From the human T2T-CHM13v2.0 reference genome, Homo sapiens, in the NCBI RefSeq assembly GCF_009914755.1, contig NC_060929.1: a stretch of DNA of 64,000 nt; one strand, given 5' to 3'. Below are positions 52,686 through 64,000 of this stretch, in pieces. Made by a program: the position numbers and the translations under genes. The notes below the pieces were generated by a model. That model searched no databases, had not been told where the DNA came from, and saw only the letters and a program-made list of their open reading frames with translations. Numbering within the stretch: the stretch's first letter is position 1; the number at the start of each line of letters is the position of its first letter.

Positions 52686-55600
52686 CTCAATGATAGAGAT
52701 GAGGAAGGGGAGGGAGGAGTGCATTGACAGAGATTACAGAGAGATTAAGTAACAGGTAGGGCTGCTAACATATTTGACCTCCCCACCAAACCTGTATTAC
52801 TTGCATCTTCATTTTCTGATTATACTAGTTATAATCCTTCTGGCTACTTGCATCCTTTCCTATTCTTTTTCCTTGCATCTCCTGAGTAGGTAAATTCACG
52901 TTTCTGCCCTTGTGTATGGTGAGAATATTCTGATGTTTAATTTGGTGATTAATGTGTGTCATGATCTCTGGCAAACCTCCTACTCATCTAGTAGCTGGTT
53001 CTCAGGTCAAAAGTTAGGAAGGCAGAATAATTAGCTAGCCTATGATAGGGAAAGAAGTAAATGCTTCCTTTTTTTCATTAAAAAAGATAATATGGAAGAA
53101 GAGAGTTGGGAAGGTGGTAGTGACAATATTTATTTTCTGCTTCAAAATAAATTAGGAACACTTAGTACTTCAAACATACATTCTTTTCAGTTACTAATGC
53201 ACATTTTGGAGCTATCTACAACTGATTTCTCCAGTAAGTTATGATTTTGCTAGCCCATTCAGTTGGAAACATTTGTTTTTACTGGACTATTTACTTGAAT
53301 TTTGTTTAAAGACAAAGCACAATAAAATTACCGGTTAAACATTTAAATGAAAATAAAGCAATAAGGGATGTATCTAAAAATAATAATTGAAAATTGCATA
53401 AGTGAATGAGCAAGTTTTTAGAAAAAAAGTTAAACTTAAAGCTATATACAGAACAGGTCTCAGTGGTTATTAAAATGAATCCCCTAAAGTCCTATGACTT
53501 TTAATAAAAACACTAAATAGAAAATAAATGCTAAATCAATTTCTCTTAAATATTTAAAATGTTAAAGGTTAATCTATTTTGGTGAACTAGCCATGACAGA
53601 GTGATATGTTATAAATAATAAATGGCCTCTAATAATAAGAACTGTAACTACATTATATAATAGCAATATTTAAATAATGGCTCAGGGCCATGTTGCATGC
53701 AATGGTGTAGGCAATTAACTGTATGAGGGAAAAATGCAATGGCTACTCTGACTCTAGAGTTACTTTCCTAAAGAAGTGGATGTTGTAGACGGCCAAGCAA
53801 ATGCTTAAGACTCTTTGGTAGAAGGCTTTAATGACTTTGATTCTTGAGCAGCCTATGTGCTCAATAGCTAGGAACAATCACTTTCTTTTACATAAAGGAG
53901 TATGAGCCAAATGTAAAAACCAAAACATATAGAAAATAAAATTTCCAATTAATAAGCTCTCATAAGGCTACTATGAACACATAATGATTCTCTAGCAAAT
54001 AAACTTGATATAAAAGAGCCTATTATCTATCACAAGATTGTATTTGTCACTAGCATAGTAATTTTCTTCCGTAGAAAAGGTTCTTTAATTTCCAAGCAGT
54101 ATTCTTTACAAAGGGGAAAAAAAATCTTAATTTTTTGATGATTTATAATGATAAGTTGACACTCAACCAACTCTTTTTCTTGCCATATGCTGACTGGTAT
54201 TCTACATGTGTTCCAAGAAGTTAAGAAGCAAGAGTGAACGAGGTTGCACATGGCTTTTTTCAGATCACGTTGGCAATTACTCTTTTAAATTCACCTCCTC
54301 TTATAACTGACCTCCTCTGGCATTTAGATACCAAATATCCAAATATTTTAAGAATGGCAAATGATATTTAAAAATGACTGCATTTCTCACCATCTGAAAA
54401 CCTGTTTAAAATATTAAGGCTACCCTAGGAAAGGAGGTTCTTGGATAATCCCTGCCATAACAAAGAAAATTCTAAATAATAATTAATATGAGAAAATACA
54501 ATTTCTCTTTGAACATGGGTGTAGGAAACCAGTATATCTTAAAATCTGGTAAAGAGAAGCAGCATGTAGAAACACACAAAGAAAAAATAGGACTCCTATG
54601 GGGCCTGCTCAAGCTCTAAGGAAAGGTTTTTCACTAAGATTAAAGAGGCAGTGAGAAAAAAGACTTTGACTAGCTTTGCAGGGAAATACATATACAGTGG
54701 CAATCCATCACACCATTAGTTGAGAAACATTTATTCTTTTAAACCTTTATTTACTTAAGAGAGTTTGGCTCTAGGATTCTTTCCAAGAGACAAAAAGCTA
54801 CATACTTTGTTTTTTTTTTTAAGTCAGCAAAGATGACCCCCACCCCAAATACTCCCTAGTTACTCTTTTTGAAAGAGGCTGTATTGTATTTTGAAATAAT
54901 ATTACATTTAATTGTACATACAGAAACTCAACCTGGTAATATTACTTCTAAGTAATCTTATATGCTCAGATTTGAGAAAGATAAGTAATTGGCACATTTA
55001 ATTCACTGATCAATAGCTTCAAAAATTCATTTTTGGGGGGAAGGAGAGAGCTTGATGAGAAAGAGGTAGTGGTTTTAACAGGATTATCTACTATATTATT
55101 ACTATAAGCAGAGCAAAAGGCATGTATCCCTAATCTTTTGAGTCCTAGTCTTTCACTTGCTACCTAGCTGTGGGCTCACCTACAATTACACAATTATCAG
55201 TGTCTCTAAGTGTAAGCAGCCATTTGTAGAAAACATGCCCTTAAAACAGAAGTTATACATATTTCCTCATCACCTCTCTGGAAAAAGAATTCTTTGCTAA
55301 AGCAGATTTTTTTTTTCCAAATATCAACTGACACCATAAAAAAGAAAACAATCTTCTTGTGCAGGAGTGAATAGTCCAAAGCTCTCCATTTCTTGCACTG
55401 CCATTTTACCATTTACCTTTCTTTACATAGTTCAGTAGAGGGGAAATAACACAAGGCAATGAAAGGTGAAATCTCTCTTTATCTCAAAGGAACTTGCCAT
55501 ATTGGTGGTGAAAAGAAACTCACTGTCAATATTGAAAACTGTGAAGACTAAACAGACACAGTAGGGAAAGTCTTCAGAGAATAATTCATTTTTAAATGCC

Positions 55601-56364
55601 TTGTCCTTTTATTTCCTTGTGGGTGGGATGGAGGATATGGAGCCAAGTGCTTTTGAAAGCCTAAATCTAATTATTCTGTGGTTTCAGATTTGTCCTGATG
55701 CTTCTTTCCTACTCTGGTCTCATTACTTAAAAGAGCCATATTTGTTTGGCATTATTAAATCTGATAAATTAACCTAAATGCTCTAAAATTACCTTTACTA
55801 CTACTTAGTGGGAACACATAGTAAATTATTATAAAAACAGTGTTTAGCCAGGATAGGATATATGTGTGTGCAATAGTAAAATAAAAATACTTAAGCACAC
55901 ACATAATATATGTAATTTATTCTGGTATTGAGAGTTTCTAAAAGCTTCAGGTTTACTCTAAATCTAAAATGCTGATTTATTGACAATATTAATTTGGTGT
56001 AAAAGGCAAAAATTGGAGTTGGAGTCAGATACCTATGAAACAATGATTCCAAGAAATATCTGCTGATGTATCCAGAGGACCCCATAATGTGTTAGATCTC
56101 TGTGGGAGGAATCAAAGACAGAAAGCCTGTAGGAGCATCACCTGTTCCATCTCTTCCCCCATCTGTATATACAAAGGCAAATGGTTCTGTGATGACCACT
56201 CCAAAAAGGACAGAGTCTAGGACGGGAGAAGAGATGGGAGCTAGCAATTGCAAAATTTTTATACTCTATTTCCCTACACTTCTACACCCATAAAGTCTGG
56301 ATATAGTCTTTGTGAAAATGATGCTCCTAGCAACTTCAAGTAAATTCCAGAAGAAAATCTAATG

Positions 56365-57055
56365 AACCATGAATCCATTCACTTTTGTCCATCTCCATGG
56401 CCACTGTCACCCTTCCTCAGGCCATAGCAACAGTCCCCTACCTGGTCTTTTTCCTATCCCCAACCATTCTGTACACAGCCGCCAAAGTAAATTTTTCAAA
56501 CAGTAATTCTGATCTTACTTCTCTGTACAACACCCTTCAACGGCTTCCTGTTGCATTTAGAATAGAAGCCAAGCACATTACCACGGCCTATATGAGTTAT
56601 GTCCCAGTCCACCAATCCAACTTCTTGTCCATTCCCCCTGTTTCTGGGGCTGTGTTCATCTTCCATCATTTCCTTCGACTCACCAAACTCTCTCCCCTCT
56701 GCCAGGCCTTTGTGGCCACTGTTCTCTCAGTTTCTTTACCCAGCTGTTCTTGTGGCCAACTCCTTCTCATCTTCAGGCCTGTACTTTGACTATTTCCCTC
56801 AAGAAAAGCCTTCTCTGACAATCCTATGTAATGTTAGGCCCCTAGCCTGTTCTTTTCTGTCACAAAGTCTTGTAAATTCCCTGAAGCACTATTTTATTAC
56901 TTGATTGGTTCAAGTTTTCATGAACTGCCTCTCCAACTAGTACATAAACCCCAAGTGGAAGAAATGATTATGTGTGCTCATTTTACGTGGCAGCCCCAGT
57001 GCCCATGCCAGTGCCTGGCAACATCACTTAGTAAGCATTTATTAAATGGAAGAAC
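56365..57055 (+). mobile_element. L2 3' region
   Basis: tccatctccatggccact...cagccgccaaagtaaatttttcaaa...cccttcaacggcttcc...gtgcctggca...ttagtaagcatttattaaatg. Confidence 0.85.
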
Positions 57056-57646
57056 ACAAAAGAAAAGAAGTGAAATGAATAGAGGATCTAGCAGGTTCCT
57101 TAAGTTCTTTTATATTTCATTTTGTTGTGTTACCTATTTATATGTAATTATGACCTACAGGACAAACTATTATGCATGCATATTTATGAAGGTGACTGAT
57201 TTATTGGAATTAGTACTTTTTAAATAAATATTGGAAAACTACATCAATTTTTTGAAAAGTTTTATTTATACTAGTTTGTCAATATTTCCTACTTTGACAT
57301 TTTCTATTGATTGTTCAGCATCTTTTGGAAGTTAGTTCTATTTACCATTTTGAAGTACTGGATAAAAAGTAAATAAAGACATTTTTTTCCCTGGGGCTAT
57401 GTATACAGCCTTTGTGACCAGTGTGAACTATCACTTTTGGTTGTGCTGAGCAGTCGGTTGAATTGAGCAGAACAATAAAACCCAAGTGATGGACATTTCT
57501 GAGATGCTGCCAGTTGCACATCTGAACTGACCAGTTTGTATGTACTGTTGGCCTCAACTAGATTGACTTGATGTTGCTTTTGCTAGGAAACACATAAGAA
57601 GTCAAAACCTCTTCAGCATTTTTATTGCTGTTCATGTTAAAGAGAA

Positions 57647-57937
<291 letters not shown>

Positions 57938-58304
57938 GCTGAGAATTTTTTTTTTAATTGAGTGATTTATACAGGTATCTTTCTACTTTATTGCATAGCA
58001 GATTTATTCCTAACTTTTGCAAACATGACCTCATTCTGACATATCTAGTTCAAAACAGAGTCTCTAGAATATGTTTAATTTCTGTTAAAAGTTAAAGACA
58101 CCTAAGGCATAGAAATATAGGTAAGTATTTATCCAGGTGCTCATTCCATATGTTAGGTCACATATTCACATTTTATATTCATTAGAAACATAAATTCAAG
58201 TATTTATCAATGCCATTTCTATTAACATAACTACCACTCGGTATTATATTTCTACATCTTTTCATGTCTGTCTTCTTGACATACAGGTGCCTTTCCAATT
58301 AATA

Positions 58305-58500
58305 AGCCTCAGAATCACTAGCTTATTAATCACTGGTTTATATAATAAGATGGCTTATTAAAAGTACAGATTCCTGAATCCCACTTGCAGATTATAATTC
58401 AGTAGATCTGGAGTGGGGCTCATGAATCTGCATTTTTAACAAGTTCTGCAGACGATTTGGATGTTGGTAGAAAGAGGCATACCCTTGGAAAGACACTGGT
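58305..58500. mobile_element. MER5A hAT-Charlie MITE
   Basis: cagattcctgaatccc...attcagtagatctggagtggggctcatgaatctgcatttttaacaag...acactgg. Confidence 0.8.
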
Positions 58501-59439
58501 CTAGACTCTCCTTCTTAGAAGAAGGATTTTTGTCTAGCTCATTTTAATGTCTCATTTAGTACTTTGCACATTACCTGGCATTGCACAGGCATCAATAAAT
58601 TTCACTGAATGAAATGTTCACGTGAATAGAAAGTTTATTTTATAATTTTATGAGACATATAATAGAATGTTCTCATTGGTATAATTTATCTTCTTAGTAG
58701 TACTCTTAATTAATACTAGATTTTTAGGAAAAGACTACATTTAAAGAATACGTTGGTGTTTAAAATTTTCTAGGAATAGAATGAGGTTGGATATTTTAAT
58801 GACCTCCATGTGGCTAGCAGCAGGTAGAATTACTGTAAAGAAGAGGAAAGTGCTCTTTACTACTCAATCTATTTGGGCAATTTGATTAAATAGTTTGAAA
58901 TAAAGTGCTGACCATTGTCCACTGAACTTTCTAGCCCAAACAGATATAATAAAACAAATGTCATTTGTTTTAAAAGCACAATTGTATGTAAAATCACTGA
59001 ACTAAACAGTCTTTCTTCTCCTTTAGCATACGGTGAAAAAATTTCAAGAATCAAAGACATTCTTAAAAAATTCAAAATGAACATGATTTATTTCTAAATA
59101 AGAGTTATTACCTGTTAAAATATGTTTAAAGAGATACTGGAAGGAATAGCAAAGGAGAAAAAAATCCATAGACTATCTCTAAAACAGATTTTAGAATCCA
59201 AATTACTTCTAAGCTTAAGAAATCCATCACTGCCAAAACCAACGAGCCAGCTAAGAAATACATAAGATGTCTCGTTCAGTGTTGATTGTGGATATAAACT
59301 AGGAAATTTAGGAATTGGATATAAGGTCATGGTTATTATGAAAGAGGAAAAAGGAGATATATGTGGTTTGGAAAGACAAAATGGAATTGTATAGGAAGAT
59401 GGGTGAAGGCAGCAGTAAGGAAAGGAATTTTGAGGTCCA

Positions 59440-59598
59440 GCAGTGGAAGCTTGGCCATGTCACTTTAAAAAAGTTCCAGGTTTCTTATTTGAGGTATGGA
59501 ACGGTACTGAATTTACAGGTTTATTCTGAGGATATGCTATAATCTATGCTAAAGTGCCTTGTAAATGGTTGATTGATATCATTGAGTTACCATTACTG
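59440..59598 (+). mobile_element. Degenerate MIR fragment
   Basis: ttggccatgtcacttta...ggtttcttattt...caggtttattctgaggat...aaagtgccttgtaaa. Confidence 0.55.
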
Positions 59599-61788
59599 CA
59601 GCACAGAATTAGGATCTACAGGTAAAGAATGAGATGGAACTTGGGAGACATCTGCATTTGCCATTCTATCCAGTTTCACAGGTCTGCTCAAAATTCACCT
59701 CCTCACTGATTACTCCACACATTCGGTCTGGGTATGTGCATCACAAATATTTTCTATTTACTTATCTTTGTTTTGGTCCAGTAGGCAAATTTTTACTTAC
59801 GACTTACAAACAATAAATAGTCACTTACATTGGACTTAAGACAATATGAGTTAATAGGCTTCTCAAGTATTCTTTACATGAAGGTAGCTGGAACGCAAAG
59901 AAATGGAAAATCTAAATCCTTTCTTGTCTTCCTAATTATTTCAAACATGCAAGGAATTTATGGTAAGTATACAGACTTAAACAATACCCTGTTCCCTGAA
60001 TAGACTTAAATGTAGTCACAGAAATGCATACAATTCTATTTCCTTTCTTTTTACCAATTTGTCTTTGATTCTGCTTATGAGTTTTCATCTTGGCTTGCCA
60101 TTCCTCCTTTTGCAAAGTGTGAGGTAGTGTTAGGAATTTTTAAAAAATCTGTGATTTATTCTAGGATATATCTCCCTAACTGTTTTGACTTTGACCATTA
60201 CATTTCTTTTCATTTGACAATTTTGAAACAAAAACATAGATAGGGATTGGGGAAGGGAAGGAAAGGATGTGAACTCATATCCCCCATGATCAGCTTCAAA
60301 CATGAATTATATAAAAGAAGCCGTCTGAATTCCTACAGCGAGATGACCATTGTGGCTCCTTTTGAGTATAAGGCATTATTACTGTACTGCCATATAACAT
60401 GGACTCAGGAGCCTTTAAGCCCTACCTGTCTTTTGACATCACAGGTGCTACACTGTGAGATCTGAAAAACTCTATTTTTTTATAGTATCTGAAATACTTC
60501 TCTCATAATTGACTCTAATTTTATTTACCTTTTTTACTTTCCATGACAAATCTAGGCTTTGGGAAAGAAATTATTTTCATTGTGCATAATAATAATCTAA
60601 AAGTAAAGTTTGACCAAAATTCTATCTCAAAAATGGCATATTTAATTGCGTATATTGCACTGTGAACTTCGAGAACAATTCTAGTTAAAAATCATTTTTG
60701 ATTGTCATCCAATAGCATAAATGACCATTTTACATAAATACGACTGATCTTTTTCTTGGCTTCAAAATAGTCAATATGACAGAATAAGCAGACATGATAT
60801 TCTGATATTTTAAAACTATTTCCCAAAAAGTAAAATTATTGAAAAGTTCATTCAAACCTTGAACCTTTCTTTGAAGTACTATAATGTCACCAAAGGTGTT
60901 TTTTCTTTTTAAAACTAGAAGTACACTCCCAACTTTAAAGGTTACTTTTTTACTTTCTTTCCTATTGTAAAGTTTTCTTAATTTCATTTTCTTCTCGTTC
61001 TCTCACTAGGCACTTTATTTTGCAGACTAGCTCTGGTTACCATATCTGAAAAGTAGTTCCTTAAGTCCTTATTGGGGGCTGGTGGAGAGGGAGAATCCCA
61101 GCGATTGCTATGACTGTATTTCAGACAGGCCATTTCAGGAGGTCACAAGAGCTGGAATCTCTCACTATGTATTATATTTCCTGTAAAGTATGGTAATGCA
61201 TTTTGAACTACTGCCCTAATGACACAAACTTTATCACATACTTTAATGTACTTTGGAAAGAATATAATGTCATATTAAACATGTAGGTGACAATCGCTGG
61301 CCTAAAACACAGTATTCTTTTGACTGGAAATAAAATCAGTGTTCTGAAAATGTAGACCTCAAGTCAGGTGGTCTGTGAAATGAGTTGTTCTAAGGTTATC
61401 GTTGCCATTAGTCTACAGAAAAGAATGGTCTGTAGATCAACAAGATGGTATCTTTTGTTTTTTTTTTGCACTTTACACACATAAGATATTGTTTAAATAA
61501 GAAGTCATATTTTATGTATTAAATGTCTATTTCCTTACTGAAGATGCAAAGTTTGCCTATATTAGATTCTGGTTGTTATGTGTGAATAGCAGCCTTCAAG
61601 AATCAAGGACTCCTAAGAATTGATTTGAAAGTGACTGCTGTCCTTTTTACACTGGAAGGAGAATACAGCAAAAGTACCTAAGTGTTACTGCTATGCCTAA
61701 GCTTTTCTGTAAAAACACACCAAAGAAAACAAATGAAACAATGCTCTTGATTTTCAAAATAACTTTAAACAAAAGAGGCATCTCTCTT

Positions 61789-61831
<43 letters not shown>

Positions 61832-61837
61832 GCGCGC
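61789..61837. repeat. Compound (TA)6(TG)9...(CG) microsatellite
   Basis: Uninterrupted purine/pyrimidine alternation over about 49 bp. Confidence 0.9.
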
Positions 61838-64000
61838 CTTATCTCAAAATATTGTGTTTAACGTCTTTTAAAAAAAGTATTGTCAGTGGTAATGGAACGC
61901 TTTTCACAGTGATAGTTAAGAATCTTTAAGAAAGAAGACGAATGTGCTTTCAAGGTTTGCCTTCAAAACATTTTACATTCTTGTACTTTAGGAGCAACAA
62001 TAGAGAGGTAGTAATAAACAGAATTACATCATTATTTTTTCTTGGACCATTTTGCAAGATGTAAGCACGTAAGTTGGTATAAAGGGCCATTTTCCAATTA
62101 CTAAGCCAAACAGAAGTGTTAGGTAACAAGTCTGAATAGAAATGCCAGCACCAGCTTGTCCAATAGGTTCACAAGATCTCATTCCATAGATCAGTTGGAA
62201 CATGGAAGCAATGGAGGGGAAGCAAAGATTGTATCACCATAGCAACCTGAAAGGGTGGGGGAAGACAGCAAACTGCATGCCACCTGCTAATCAATTAGAA
62301 CTGTTTGCAAGCTCAAGAAATCCTGGAGAATCTGAGTGGGGCTGTAGGGTCAAGTACACAGAAAAACTTAATTGGGAATTCTCTTTTAAACTTACAACAC
62401 TCAGTCAAATCATCAACACCCATATATTAATAATACTGTAGTTCAAATCAGCCACTTTGCAGTATGCAATCTGCTTTGAAGAAATCTTACTTCCTTGTGT
62501 TATTACTAGGAGTATGGTATCCATTTTTCTAAAGTTGTATTGATAGTTTCTTTTAGTTTGCATTCAATTGCAATATGAGATGAGTTTGAAAATTAACTTA
62601 ATTTTTCAAATTCAATAATTTTATAATCTCTCATTAAGGCATCATGTATCTTCAAAGTTTATATAACTGTTTTACACTCAAATCTTTTCAAATTCTTAAT
62701 AGCTGAAAAAGGCAAGGTATCAATTCTCTGTTTACATTTATTTGTTTTGGGTGGCAAGATTACTCAATTTACTGTTAAATGGGGTCAAAAATGCTTGCAA
62801 GTTACTTAATTTACTATTTATTTTTTTAAAAAAAATTCCCAGGGGCTGAGAATCCTCATACATTTGCTGCTTTTCTTTTACCTTCTAGCTAATTATTCTT
62901 CCTCCCCTTGCACCACCTTCTACCTTGGCAGATTTAACAACTATTCTTTTGTCCTACTTTTCTTGAATTTGAAACTATTGATGATGCTACATTAGAATGA
63001 CTGATGTGTTACACAAAGGCCCCTATGTAGGTGAAGACTGGAGATGTGCTAAGCAGCCCATTATTTTCACAGTACAGTGATCTGCTTGTGGAATTTTCTG
63101 AAAACATTTCCAAGGGACAAGACATCAGAGCCTCCATTCCTGTTTCATATTGACTTCTGACCTAACATTGGACCAGTAAATCCCATGTGTAAATATGAGG
63201 CTGGGTGGCAAGACGACTTTTTAAAATATTTACAATGGTAAACTCTCTGGATTATAAATTACAACAGAAACAAGATGAACAGCTTTACCCACCATAAACT
63301 TGTCTTTCACACTTTTTTTAAGTATATTAAGCAGTCTAGCAGGAGTTTCACTAGTAGTATAAAGAAACTCAAAAAAGAACAAAAATTAGATTAAACAATT
63401 CATCACTGAAAGTAACCATGGATTAAAAAAAATTGGATGGGAAAAAACACAATGGCTAATGTCAGCCTTGAAAAATGTTTTTTAAATTAAAAAAGAAAGT
63501 CAAGATAAAACCTGGGTAATAAATAAGTCATATTACTAAACAAAAAAAATCCATATTCTCATTTGTAAACACAAAAGGATGTGAATTAGTGACAAAAATA
63601 TATTATACAACGTATGTGAAACATCCAATAATCATCTGAGCATAAACAGGGTGAGATGCTCAGTCACCAATGGGTGAAGCAGGGATGCAAATCAGCCCGA
63701 TCTTATTCAATCTATTGTGTGAGCATTCTCTGAGGGTGGAATAAAGGACTCAGAAGCCAGTGTTAGACTGATTTTTGTCCTCTGGGAAACTCCACTTAAC
63801 AGCTCTGAATATCATTAAAAGCCTGTGAGGCAGTCATTCAAGGGCTGCTGTTGTAGGTTGTCATGGGAGCTTTCAAAACGTACACACAGAAAAACAGGCC
63901 ATGATTACGGATCTTACTGCAGAGTAAATCCAGTGGCCAAAATGTTGATAAGCTTACTCTGACCTCCGATAGCAATTATTGTCTCTCCATTCTAATCATG

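Overview
This is primate genomic DNA (Alu, L1PA, MIR and L2 repeats), most likely human. Apart from one exon it is intronic. The only credible coding sequence is a 143-bp minus-strand exon (7419-7561) with canonical splice signals. It encodes a cysteine-containing leucine-rich-repeat segment (ALIAIGRYSMTIETVDVGWCKEITDQGATLIAQSSKSLRYLGLMRCDK) that I recognise as the penultimate coding exon of FBXL17, an SCF substrate receptor (5q21.3 in human). The rest is FBXL17 intron filled with interspersed repeats, including a near-full Tigger2 fossil that carries nested L1PA and Alu insertions. I found no evidence of a new multi-gene system, CRISPR array or RNA gene. The best leads are (i) an open 57-codon read-through past the exon donor that gives a hydrophobic alternative C-terminus with a downstream AATAAA, (ii) a young L1 fragment truncated at both ends with signs of internal priming, (iii) repeat-free, motif-dense enhancer-like blocks and a perfect YY1/near-CTCF motif, and (iv) several template-switch palindromes. 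Repeat subfamily names and boundaries were assigned by eye from remembered consensus sequences and are approximate.
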